DNA from: an uncultured Planctomycetaceae bacterium
GTDB taxonomy: Bacteria; Planctomycetota; Planctomycetia; Pirellulales; PNKZ01
DNA: 51,568 bases
Assembly: GCA_964433865.1 (NCBI GenBank)
Contig: CAYSUC010000002.1
Span: 1 to 51,568 of the forward strand
Direction: 5' to 3'
A program made the position numbers and the translations under genes. The notes below the pieces were generated by a model, which saw only the letters and a list, made by a program, of their open reading frames with translations, did not search any database and was not told where the DNA came from. Positions 42,907-51,544 of the stretch are shown in pieces (the stretch's first letter is position 1; each line of letters starts with the position of its first letter).

Positions 42907-43545
42907 TCATCGTTCGGCCGCACCCAACTCGGGAAACACGTCGGGCGACAGGCGCCGTCGGCGGAGCGCGTCGCGCAGGCGTTCCAGAAAATCGAACTTG
43001 TAGTTCGCGACCTGCTGTTCCGATAGATTCAACGCGGCGGCCGTCTCCTTGTTCGGCAGCCCGCGCACGAACAGCAGTTCCAAACACGCCACGCGGTTCC
43101 ATTCGCCGCGCTCGCGCCAGCGGCCGACGATCTCGGTCAGGGCCTCGGCCAAGGCGGCCGACTCGAGTTCGCGCCGCTCGGCGCTGCGGACGTAACTGCC
43201 CGCCGAGCGCCCCGGGTCGGCGGGTTCGCGCAAGGGGGCGTCGGAATCGTCTCCCACGGTCAGCGGCACCGTCGGACGGCGCCCGCGTCGTCGCAGCACG
43301 TCGGTCAGCTTGTGCGCCGCGATCGTGAACAGGTAGGTTTCCAATCCGCGCGACGGGTCGAAATTCGGCAAGCTGACGAGGAACCCGAGAAACGTCTCTT
43401 GCACCACGTCGTCGACCGCCGCGGAGTCGTCCAGCCGGGCGCGAACGAACGCCGTCAATCGACCTTCGTAGCGCGCGATGAACTCGCGCCACGCGTCCGG
43501 ATCGCCCCGGCGAATCTGATCGAGAAACGTCGCTTCGCCCGTCAC
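42907..43545 (-). CDS. ECF-type RNA polymerase sigma-70 family factor
   Basis: GTG 43545, 3 nt after the upstream stop. Region 2: DAWREFIARYEGRLTAFVRARL...DDVVQETFLGFL, YLFTIAAHKLTDVLRRR. Region 4: ACLELLFVRGLPNKETAAALNLSEQQVANYKF. Unusually long linker between them. Confidence 0.88.
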   Translation of the reverse strand: MTGEATFLDQIRRGDPDAWREFIARYEGRLTAFVRARLDDSAAVDDVVQETFLGFLVSLPNFDPSRGLETYLFTIAAHKLTDVLRRRGRRPTVPLTVGDDSDAPLREPADPGRSAGSYVRSAERRELESAALAEALTEIVGRWRERGEWNRVACLELLFVRGLPNKETAAALNLSEQQVANYKFDFLERLRDALRRRRLSPDVFPELGAAER

Positions 43546-43548
43546 GCC

Positions 43549-44247
43549 TTATCTCCGTATGACGTCGACATGGCCGGCCCCCAGCACGAACAGCACGACC
43601 ACCACCACGAGGACCAGCAAGACGGCAACGCCCCAGCTTCGCCGCGCGGCGCGCGGCGCCGGACGAGCGCCGTTGCGAAAGCGTGCGAGGCCCGCGACGA
43701 TCGCCAGACCGACCATCAGGCCGCCGTAGCCGTAGGCGAAGTGCAGGAGTCGCGCGCGCCGCAACTCGCCGAGCGCCGCGGCCTCCCATTCGCGCCGCAA
43801 CTTGTCGTCGAACTTCAGCTGCGCATGCAGGTACACGAGTTCCATCTCGCGAGTTCGGATCGTCTCTTGCCAGAAGGGGCCCTCGACGACGCGCGGCCGG
43901 AGCGACTCGTACTCGAACGTCAGGTGTTCGGCCAAATCGGGGCCCAAAACTTTGAAGGCGTACGTGCGAACCGCATCGACGACGGCGTCCGGCAGCTTTC
44001 GCTCGCATTCGGAACGAGTCGCTTCCGGGCCGACGAAGGTCTTGGCATAGTACGCGCCCCCGCGCAACTCGGGCGCGGCATCGACCCACTTCGGACGTTC
44101 GAACGAAACGACCGCGGGCCCGTTCGCGCCGGCGGGCGGCTCGGCAGTCGTCGGTGCCGGGCGCTCGGTCGACGGTTCGGGCGTGTCGGGTGCCGCCGGC
44201 GCCGTCAACAGCAGAACGCCGAACATGCCGAGGGCGGCGAGGGTCAT
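43549..44247 (-). CDS. Hypothetical envelope protein (signal peptide, ~150-aa exported domain, two C-terminal TM helices)
   Basis: The real gene is the 3' third of track ORF 43549..46107. ATG 44247 overlaps the upstream TGA (ATGA). MTLAALGMFGVLLLTAPAAP..., C-terminal YGGLMVGLAIVAGLA and WGVAVLLVLVVVVVLFVLGAG. Confidence 0.6.
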   Translation of the reverse strand: MTLAALGMFGVLLLTAPAAPDTPEPSTERPAPTTAEPPAGANGPAVVSFERPKWVDAAPELRGGAYYAKTFVGPEATRSECERKLPDAVVDAVRTYAFKVLGPDLAEHLTFEYESLRPRVVEGPFWQETIRTREMELVYLHAQLKFDDKLRREWEAAALGELRRARLLHFAYGYGGLMVGLAIVAGLARFRNGARPAPRAARRSWGVAVLLVLVVVVVLFVLGAGHVDVIRR

Positions 44248-45704
44248 GCGGCACCTCGTCGACCGGTCGATGCGAACCGCGCGACTTCGTCGCCGCGCGG
44301 GGCGGCGAACTGCACCGTCAAGACGATGGTCGCCTGAGCGAGCATGCCCCAAGGCTGCGGAAACGGAACGATGAAGTGGACCGCGCCGGCCCAGAGCACG
44401 GCGACCGCGGCGTAGGAAAAGTCGAAGGTTCCGCGGCGATGTCGACCGCGGGGCAGGTTGTGCCACCAGGCGGTGAGGAACGACGTCAGACCGAAATACA
44501 GGACGAACGCGGGCCAGAGGGGCGACGACGACGCGTCGTAACATTCGCTCCATTGGCGCACGCCGACGCCCCACTCGCCGTACTCGAACGGGAGGTCGAC
44601 GTGCAGATATCGATACACGCACCACGAGACGAAACCGGCGAAACAGCCCCCCAAAGCGTGCAGCATCCGACGTCGGGCCGGATGACGGTCGGCATCGCCG
44701 CGGACCGACAGTGATTCGACGACGAGGACCGCCACGGCTGCGGCCGAGGCCGTGGCGACGAGCCAGGCCCACTGTTCGAGCGCCGGCCCGGCGCCGCGGA
44801 CGATGAGCACCAATCGAGCCAGGACGATGCTCGCACCCAGGGCGACGGCCGACGCTCCGACGATCGGGGCGAAGCGGGGCGCGCTCGGGCCGAAGTACAG
44901 CGCCGCATCCGGCAGCGAGCCGGAGCGGAACTCGTGCGTGGGATGCCCCTCGTCCGATCGCCGACGTTCGACGATTTGTCGACGCACCAGCCCGACGACT
45001 CCGCCGCCGATGAGCAGCAGCACGAGGAAGCCCATCCACGGCATGCGGACCGCGAACGCCTCTTGCGGCGTGGCGTTCGGAGCGGCGCCGCGGACCGCGT
45101 CGCGCTCCGCTTCCAACGTACGCAGCGTGCGAAGCCGTGCCTCGCGTTCGACGTCGGCGGCCGTTCCGCTCGGCGTCGCCGGGGCGTTCGACGGCGTTTT
45201 CCGATCCATGCGGACGATTTCCTGCCGCGCCTGCTCGATCCGTTCGGCCAACGCTTCTTCGCGCATGACCGTCGCGGCGACCTGCTGTTCGATGTTCGCC
45301 TTCCGGAAGAACCAAACGCCGAGCGTAAGCAGCATCAACGCCGCGAGCCCGGCGAGCACCGACGCCGACCGTCCTCGGACCGAAGGGGGCGCCGTGGCAC
45401 CCGAAGGTGCGGCGACGGAGCGACCGGGCCCCCGTCCGGCGATGCGATACGTCACGCCGACCGACGACATGAGCATGAGCAGCAGCAAGGTCTGCAGCGC
45501 CGAACCGGCGACGATGAACGCGAACCAAACGTACAGGGCCGTGGCGCAACCGATGACGAAGTAGATGATCTCGGGGGGCGGCAATCGGCGGAAGGCCGGG
45601 CGCGCAGCCGAGGGGGCGACGTTGCGCGCGATCGCCAGCAAGCCGATGGGGGCGAGCGCCGACGCAACGGCGATGACGAGGATCAGGCCGAGGCTCATGT
45701 TCAT
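44244..45704 (-). CDS. Hypothetical polytopic membrane protein (~10 TM) with a central coiled-coil loop
   Basis: Real 3' part of track ORF 44244..46631. ATG 45704 overlaps the kinase TGA (ATGA). MNMSLGLILVIAVASALAPIGLLAI... Loop: KANIEQQVAATVMREEALAERIEQARQEIVRMDRK...EREARLRTLRTLEAERD. Confidence 0.6.
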   Translation of the reverse strand: MNMSLGLILVIAVASALAPIGLLAIARNVAPSAARPAFRRLPPPEIIYFVIGCATALYVWFAFIVAGSALQTLLLLMLMSSVGVTYRIAGRGPGRSVAAPSGATAPPSVRGRSASVLAGLAALMLLTLGVWFFRKANIEQQVAATVMREEALAERIEQARQEIVRMDRKTPSNAPATPSGTAADVEREARLRTLRTLEAERDAVRGAAPNATPQEAFAVRMPWMGFLVLLLIGGGVVGLVRRQIVERRRSDEGHPTHEFRSGSLPDAALYFGPSAPRFAPIVGASAVALGASIVLARLVLIVRGAGPALEQWAWLVATASAAAVAVLVVESLSVRGDADRHPARRRMLHALGGCFAGFVSWCVYRYLHVDLPFEYGEWGVGVRQWSECYDASSSPLWPAFVLYFGLTSFLTAWWHNLPRGRHRRGTFDFSYAAVAVLWAGAVHFIVPFPQPWGMLAQATIVLTVQFAAPRGDEVARFASTGRRGAA

Positions 45705-46849
45705 CGTGGTGCGCCTCCGCGACGGAGCAGCCACACGCAAAGCGACGCAGGCACGACGAACAGCAGGGCATACGTCGCGAACATCTGCGGAAAGCGCAGT
45801 TCCCGACTCGCGGCCGACAAGCCGACCGTATCGGAAACGATCGCCAGCCCGATGAACGGCAAGGGGAGCAGCAGGTAGTGCCACCAGCGGCTGCCGAAGC
45901 CCGACGTCTCGGCAGCGTGCCCGGCGCGTCGGCCGACATCGGTCGGCACGTCGTCGTTCGCGGCGACGCGTCCGGCCCCGTCGGCGAAACCGAGGGGGAC
46001 CGGCGGCGCATCGGCCGACCACGAGGGATCGACGCGCTGCGCGAATTCGGCCACCGTTTGCGGCCGTTTCGCCGGATCCTTCGACAGGGCCGCGCCGACG
46101 GCCGCACGAAAACGTTCCGGAACGACCGCGAGATCGGGCTCGGCCGTGAGGTGCTTCATCAAGATCTCGCCGACGCTTTCGCCGTCGAACGGCACGCAGC
46201 CGGTGAGCAGTTCGTACAGGATCACGCCCAAGGCATAGATGTCGATTTGCTTGCCGTAGCGACCGTTGGCGATTTCCGGCGCCATGTAGTGCACGGTCCC
46301 CACGCTCTCGGTTTGTCCGCTGCGTCGGCTGACGGAGATGAACTTCGACAATCCGTAGTCGCCGATTTTGACGACCCCGTTTTCGAGAAACAGGTTCGCC
46401 GGCTTGAGGTCGCGATGCACGATGCCGTTGTCGTGCAGGTAGGCCGTGCCCGCGGCGATTCCGCGAAACCATCGTAGGGCGTCGTCCGTCGGCATGCCGC
46501 GAGGATGCTGCGTCAGGACTTCGGCCAGGCGCGGCCCCGACACGTATTCCATCACGATCCAGTGATTGCCGTCGGCGTCGAGCCGGACGTCGAACAACGC
46601 CACGAGATCGGCGTGCTTGAGATTCAGGCATTGCCGCACGCCGCGAAGTTCGACTTCGAGATTGCGGCGCACGAGCTTCAGCGCGACTTCCTTTCCGGCT
46701 TCGCTGTGCGCGAAGTAGACCTCGCCGAAGCCCCCTTGCCCCAATCCTCGCTTGATGACGTAGCCCGGCAAGGGCTGCGACCCCGGCGGATGGGTGAACG
46801 CCGGTGCGCGCGGGTGTTCGAAAGGCCGAACGTCGGAGCGGGAAGCCAT
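45701..46849 (-). CDS. Membrane-anchored Ser/Thr protein kinase (Hanks type)
   Basis: LGQGGFGEVYFA, VALKLV, HRDLKPANLFL, IGDYGLSKF, GTVHYMAPE. Two C-terminal TM helices (WWHYLLLPLPFIGLAIV, FATYALLFVVPASLCVWLL). Confidence 0.9.
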   Translation of the reverse strand: MASRSDVRPFEHPRAPAFTHPPGSQPLPGYVIKRGLGQGGFGEVYFAHSEAGKEVALKLVRRNLEVELRGVRQCLNLKHADLVALFDVRLDADGNHWIVMEYVSGPRLAEVLTQHPRGMPTDDALRWFRGIAAGTAYLHDNGIVHRDLKPANLFLENGVVKIGDYGLSKFISVSRRSGQTESVGTVHYMAPEIANGRYGKQIDIYALGVILYELLTGCVPFDGESVGEILMKHLTAEPDLAVVPERFRAAVGAALSKDPAKRPQTVAEFAQRVDPSWSADAPPVPLGFADGAGRVAANDDVPTDVGRRAGHAAETSGFGSRWWHYLLLPLPFIGLAIVSDTVGLSAASRELRFPQMFATYALLFVVPASLCVWLLRRGGAPR

Positions 46850-46884
46850 AGGGCCGGTGCCTTCAAGGAGCGTCCGGTTGCGGA

Positions 46885-47502
46885 TTACGGCAGCGGTTCG
46901 AATCGCAGGGCGAAGTCGGGGCCGCGCACTTGCGACGTCCGTTCGATCCGCGACGTTCCCGACGTCGGCCGTCCGTCGACATCATACGACCCTTCGGTGC
47001 GAAACACCAAACCGCCGTCGGGACGGCGGTGGACGATCAACCGGCGACGCCAGCCGCGCGCCACGACGTGGTTCGCGGCCTCCGGACCGATCAGGCACGT
47101 GTCGGCCAGCAGCAGCACGGCGTCGGCGTGCGGTTGCAGGCGATGACGGCTGACGACTTCGAGCCGGGCCGTCCGGCCGCACGGGTTCGGAGTCGTAAAC
47201 CGCAGCCGCGGACCGCTTCCCGCGGCGCCGAGTTCGAAGATCGAGTCTTCGGCCAAGCGCACGGGATATCCGATCGCGCGGTCGCCGTAGCGACAGGGTC
47301 GATACGGCTCGAACAGGTAGAACTCGCCGTCGCGTCGCACGGCGGCGTGACGGCGCGAGATGTCGGCCATGATCGGCACGTCGACCTCGGCCTCGGGCGC
47401 GGGCTGACCCAGCGTGACCGTCGGACCTTCGCAAACCAGGTAACCGCCGACGCCGTCGATCCACAGCATGAAGCGCGACGGCGTCGAGACGGACCGATTC
47501 AC
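46885..47502 (-). CDS. FHA-domain protein (one clear and one degenerate FHA-like module)
   Basis: GTG 47502 (alternative ATG 47469). Module 1: WIDGVGGYLVCEGPTVTLGQ...DVPIMADISRRHAAVRRDGEFYLFEP...FELG. Module 2: LLADTCLIGPEAANHVV...LVFRTEG...VDGRP...FALRFE. Confidence 0.7.
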   Translation of the reverse strand: MNRSVSTPSRFMLWIDGVGGYLVCEGPTVTLGQPAPEAEVDVPIMADISRRHAAVRRDGEFYLFEPYRPCRYGDRAIGYPVRLAEDSIFELGAAGSGPRLRFTTPNPCGRTARLEVVSRHRLQPHADAVLLLADTCLIGPEAANHVVARGWRRRLIVHRRPDGGLVFRTEGSYDVDGRPTSGTSRIERTSQVRGPDFALRFEPLP

Positions 47503-47541
47503 GGAGGCAACCTATCGGCGGGTCGGGGATCGGCAGTCGAT

Positions 47542-48354
47542 TCAACGAGCATCCGGTTCAGACGTCGCGGTCGCCACCGATTGCGTCGCGGCGGGCCGCG
47601 CAAAGTACTCGGCGATCCGCCGCACGACGTCGCCGGATTCCTCCGCTTCGAGCGGGATGCACTCGCCGGGAGTTTCCTCGAGCGCCACCAGCCGTTCGGA
47701 CGCCTTCAGCCGCGACTCCAAATCTTGCAGCAATCGTTTCGTTCGGCTCAGCCGACCGTCGTCCAAGCACAGTCGATTCGAGGTGTCGGCCGCCTGCACC
47801 ATCTTCAGGCGCGAATCCAGTTGCTCGAGCTCGACTTCCAACTGACGCTTGGTTGCGATCATGCCCGACATCTTATCGCGCGCGGCGGTTAAACTCTTGG
47901 TGCGGGCCTCGCGAATCTTCCGCAAATTCTCCAGGGTTTCGTCGGCCGTACGGTGCCGATCGAAGCGGCGGCTCAGGTCGTCGCGGACTTGCAGGGCCGT
48001 GTACTCGCGGCCCGCGTAGCGGAAGTGCGCCCGGCCCGACTCGACGTCGCGGCTGAGCCGAGTGATCTCGGCCTTGTCCTTGGTTTGCCGCGTTTCGAGG
48101 GCCGCGATCTCCGCGTCGAGCCGCTCCAGGCCCGCCTCGGCTTCGGCGATGGCCACGAGATTCTTTTTCACCTCGGGAACCAGGTCGCCCAGCATCGTAC
48201 GGGCCCGGGCGATCTCGAATTCCAGGGGCACCGCCGCTCCGGCGGCGTCGACGACCTGCCCCCAGCCGGTCTTGAAATAGGACCATCCTCCGCGACCGAC
48301 GATGGCCGCGGCCAGCGCCACCATCGCGATCGTTCCGACGAACTTGCGACACAT
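47542..48354 (-). CDS. Membrane-anchored coiled-coil protein (PspA/IM30-like architecture is only a guess)
   Basis: Real 3' part of track ORF 47542..49518; ATG 48354: MCRKFVGTIAMVALAAAIVGRGGW... About 200 aa of heptad-like sequence follows (LERLDAEIAALETRQTKDKAEITRLSRDVE..., LEVELEQLDSRLKMVQ). Confidence 0.55.
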   Translation of the reverse strand: MCRKFVGTIAMVALAAAIVGRGGWSYFKTGWGQVVDAAGAAVPLEFEIARARTMLGDLVPEVKKNLVAIAEAEAGLERLDAEIAALETRQTKDKAEITRLSRDVESGRAHFRYAGREYTALQVRDDLSRRFDRHRTADETLENLRKIREARTKSLTAARDKMSGMIATKRQLEVELEQLDSRLKMVQAADTSNRLCLDDGRLSRTKRLLQDLESRLKASERLVALEETPGECIPLEAEESGDVVRRIAEYFARPAATQSVATATSEPDAR

Positions 48355-48494
48355 GTTCCACCTCCGCGACGGTACGAAAAAACGCCTGGGCGATGCCGGA
48401 AGACCTCCGGCCTCCCGTTGTTCGTCGCACCCGGAGAAATCTTGGAAGTTATTCGTCGGAAATCGATGAGAATTCGCAGACGGGCCGCCGCCGT

Positions 48495-49487
48495 TCAATC
48501 GCGGGGCGAACGCGAGGCGGGCCGGTACAGCAGAATGCCGACGAACATCAGGCCGACGCCGACGAGCAGTGCCGCGGTCGTCGGCTCGTGGAAGAACAGC
48601 ACTCCCGCCATCGCCGCCATCGCCGTTTGCGAGGCGTTGACGACGTTGACGTAGGCGACGGGAATGATCTGCATGGCCCGCGTGAGCAGGAAGAACGCGA
48701 CGGCGTTGTACAGCCCTCCCTGGAGCATGACGGCCCAATCGCGGGGCGAGGTGGCGGCCATTCCGGACGTGCCGAGTCGCAGCCACGAGAGACCGCCGAG
48801 ACTCGCCACGCCGGCGATGCTGATGATGAGCAACGTGGCGTCGGGCCGGGCCACGCCGGTCACCATTCGGCGAATGACCGCGCCCAAGACGGCATAGGCG
48901 AGGCCGGAGAACAGCACGGTCGCCACGGCCAACGCTCGGGTGAAGGCGTCGGGTTCGCGACCGACGGTCGGGGCCGTCGTCGGCGCGCGGGCCATCTCGG
49001 TGTGCAGCCCCAACAGCGCGACGGCCGCGCAGAGCAACGCCAATGCGATGGCGGCGCGGACCGTAATGCCTTCGCCCAGCCAAATGCGTCCGAGCAGTGC
49101 TCCGGCGACCAGCAGGGTGCTGAACGTCAGCGGCACGGCCGCCGCGAGGCCGACGATGCCCAAACCCCACTGAAACGCGACGTTGCCGCCGATATGGGCC
49201 AGCAACCCGGTGAGGAACAGCCAAGCTTGAACTCGACGACTCGGCAGACTCGGCCGACCTTGCAACGCCGCCCAGGCGACCGACGGCGCGACCAACAGCA
49301 GGGTCGGCACCGCCTTCAGGCACGAGACCCAGTAAGGATCGCAATGCGCGGCGGCGCGGAGGCAGATGTTCGTGGCCGTATACAGCACCGCCGAGGCCAG
49401 CGCCAAGAGAACTCCTCGCGTCGCCGCCGGATGCACGGGGCGCGAGGTCGTCGACCGCGGCGCATCGGGTTCGGCGGCCGCGCTCAC
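48495..49487 (-). CDS. DMT-superfamily (EamA-like) transporter
   Basis: GTG 49487 overlaps the upstream TGA (GTGA). About 10 TM, two EamA-like halves (LLALASAVLYTATNICLR..., GLYNAVAFFLLTRAMQIIPVAYVNVVNASQ). Confidence 0.75.
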   Translation of the reverse strand: MSAAAEPDAPRSTTSRPVHPAATRGVLLALASAVLYTATNICLRAAAHCDPYWVSCLKAVPTLLLVAPSVAWAALQGRPSLPSRRVQAWLFLTGLLAHIGGNVAFQWGLGIVGLAAAVPLTFSTLLVAGALLGRIWLGEGITVRAAIALALLCAAVALLGLHTEMARAPTTAPTVGREPDAFTRALAVATVLFSGLAYAVLGAVIRRMVTGVARPDATLLIISIAGVASLGGLSWLRLGTSGMAATSPRDWAVMLQGGLYNAVAFFLLTRAMQIIPVAYVNVVNASQTAMAAMAGVLFFHEPTTAALLVGVGLMFVGILLYRPASRSPRD

Positions 49488-50620
49488 GCCGTTGCGTCCG
49501 GTGCGGGAAACGCGGCATCGAGAAAGCGACCGTTCTCGGCGATCAATTCACCGTCGGCGTAGACCCGCCCTCCCTGACGCAGATCGCAAACCATATCCCA
49601 GTGCAGGCCCGACTCGTTCTTGGCGCCGGTCTCGGGATAGGCGGCGCCGACGGCGGCGTGAAACGTCCCGCCGATCTTCTCGTCGAACAGCGTGTTCTTC
49701 GTGTAGCGTTCGATCGAGTAGTTCGTACCGATGGCGATTTCGCCGAGCGTGCGCGCCCCGGCGTCTTGATCGAGCATGGCGATGAGGAACGACTCGCCTT
49801 TGGCGGCCGCGGCGTCGACGACCTGCCCGTGGCGAAACGTCAGGCGAATGCCGTCGACTTCGCGGCCGTCGTGAACCGCCGGGAAGCTGTAGCAAACCGT
49901 TCCTTCGACGGCGTCCTCGATCGGTCCGGTGAAGACCTCGCCGTCGGGAAAGTTTTCGTGCCCGTCGCAGTTGATCCAACGCCGGCCTTCGACCGCCAGT
50001 CGGAGATCGGTCCCCTGCGGCGTCAGGAATCGAATCTCGCGCTTGTCTTGCAAGAAGTCGGCCAGACGCTGCTGTCGCTCGCTCAGACGGCGCCAGGCGG
50101 CCGGCGGGTCGTCGAGGTGCAACAGTCCGGCGCGGAACACGAACTCCTCGTACGCCGACAACGACATCTCGGCGTCTTGCGCCGCCGACTGACACGGAAA
50201 CTGAGTGCCGCACCAACGCAGCTTTCCCTCGGCGGCTCGCTGGAAGAACCGGCTCATCATCGGTCGACGGGCCTGCGCCGCCAGTCCTTGTCGACGAGGA
50301 TCGGCAGCCGTCAGCGACTTCGTGTTTTCGTCGCCCCACAGCGAGATCGAAACGTCGATCGCGTCGACCGTAAAGAGATCGATCGGGTTGGCATAGCGCA
50401 GTTGCTCTTCCGAGGCTTCCAGCAGACGCGTTTCCTGGCATTCGTCGAAACTGACCGACAGGAACGGATGACCGCCGGCGCGCACGACCGCGCGATACAG
50501 GGCCGACAACAGCGGACGACCGACGGCCGCGCCAACCAAGCGCACCAGATCGCCGGGTCGGACGGCCGTCGAATACCCGACGAGCACGCCGGCCAATTTC
50601 TCCAGTCGGGCGTCGATCAC
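49484..50620 (-). CDS. M29-family aminopeptidase (AmpS/PepS type)
   Basis: GTG 50620: (M)IDARLEKLAGVLVGYSTAVRPGDLV... NFPDGEVFTGP, LGEIAIGTN, DEKIGGTFHAAVG, HWDMV. Confidence 0.85.
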   Translation of the reverse strand: MIDARLEKLAGVLVGYSTAVRPGDLVRLVGAAVGRPLLSALYRAVVRAGGHPFLSVSFDECQETRLLEASEEQLRYANPIDLFTVDAIDVSISLWGDENTKSLTAADPRRQGLAAQARRPMMSRFFQRAAEGKLRWCGTQFPCQSAAQDAEMSLSAYEEFVFRAGLLHLDDPPAAWRRLSERQQRLADFLQDKREIRFLTPQGTDLRLAVEGRRWINCDGHENFPDGEVFTGPIEDAVEGTVCYSFPAVHDGREVDGIRLTFRHGQVVDAAAAKGESFLIAMLDQDAGARTLGEIAIGTNYSIERYTKNTLFDEKIGGTFHAAVGAAYPETGAKNESGLHWDMVCDLRQGGRVYADGELIAENGRFLDAAFPAPDATA

Positions 50621-50840
50621 GAAATGCCGCTCCCCCAGGGTAGGTCGCCGAGACCGATCTTGGCGAATGTAACGGAAATCTCGACGGGCAGAACCCCCCG
50701 CGCCCCGCGACGACGGCGAGAAGGCGGCGTTTCGGCGGCCGGGGCCGGTCGGCGGCGGACCCCGATTTGACCCCGTTCGTAGGTCGAACTAGGTTTGCGT
50801 GTCGCCCCTTCGTTCGGCGTCAATCGTTCTTGGTGTCGCG

Positions 50841-51020
50841 ATGCAAATCCTTCGAAGATTCCTGCGCAGCACGGACGCCGCCACCGCCGTCGAGTACGCC
50901 GTCGTGTTGGCCCTGATTCTCATGGCCATGCTGGGGACGATTCTGATCCTCGGCGGCCAGACCGGCACGCTCTGGGGGAACAGCAAGACCAAGCTCGACG
51001 CCGCCGGCTTCGGGTCTTAA
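50841..51020 (+). CDS. flp: Flp/Fap-family type IVb pilin
   Basis: ATG 50841 inside ORF 50799..51020: MQILRRFLRSTDAATAVEYAVVLALILMAMLGTILILGG... 59 aa. Flp motif ATAVEY plus a hydrophobic stretch. Confidence 0.8.
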   Translation: MQILRRFLRSTDAATAVEYAVVLALILMAMLGTILILGGQTGTLWGNSKTKLDAAGFGS

Positions 51021-51025
51021 CCGGC

Positions 51026-51544
51026 TCACGGTCGCTGAAGGTATCGCCGCTGGTACGTCCACAGCGCGGCGATCGTCTTGCCGTCTTCGATTTCACCCCG
51101 CTCGAGCATGGCTTCCAGTTCCTTCCAGGGAACCACGACGTTTTCGATTTCTTCGCCGGCTTCGCGTCGCGGAGGTTCGGACGTCAGGTCCGTCGCCACG
51201 AACACGTACATGCGTTCGTTCAAGATGCCGGGCGACATGTAGAATTCGACGAGCGGTTCGATGCGACCGGCGCGATAGCCGGTTTCCTCGAGCAATTCGC
51301 GCTCGGCCGTCTTCCGCGGAGGCTCGCCCGGTTCCAAGGTCCCCGCCGGAATCTCCAGCAGCGTGCGCTCGACGGCCACGCGACGGTTGCGAATCAGGCA
51401 CAACCGGCCGTCGTTCAGCACGGGCACCACCGCCACGGCGCCAGGATGCAGGATCACGTCGCGCGACAGCACCTGCTCGCGGATCGTGTAGGTTCGCCGA
51501 ACCACTTGAAATACGCGGCTTTGCAGCAACCGTTCGTCGCTCAC
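51026..51544 (-). CDS. NUDIX hydrolase (ADP-ribose pyrophosphatase-like)
   Basis: GTG 51544. Nudix box GTLEPGEPPRKTAERELLEETGY. Confidence 0.85.
   Translation of the reverse strand: MSDERLLQSRVFQVVRRTYTIREQVLSRDVILHPGAVAVVPVLNDGRLCLIRNRRVAVERTLLEIPAGTLEPGEPPRKTAERELLEETGYRAGRIEPLVEFYMSPGILNERMYVFVATDLTSEPPRREAGEEIENVVVPWKELEAMLERGEIEDGKTIAALWTYQRRYLQRP

Noticed and set aside
43549-49518. Three very long minus-strand track ORFs (43549..46107, 44244..46631, 47542..49518) taken at face value as 650-850-aa proteins.
   Set aside because: Each is a composite. Only the 3' portion after an internal ATG reads like a real protein (hydrophobic helices, coiled coils), and those ATGs overlap the stop codons of the upstream genes. 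The 5' portions overlap the kinase or DMT genes out of frame and are Arg/Pro-rich.
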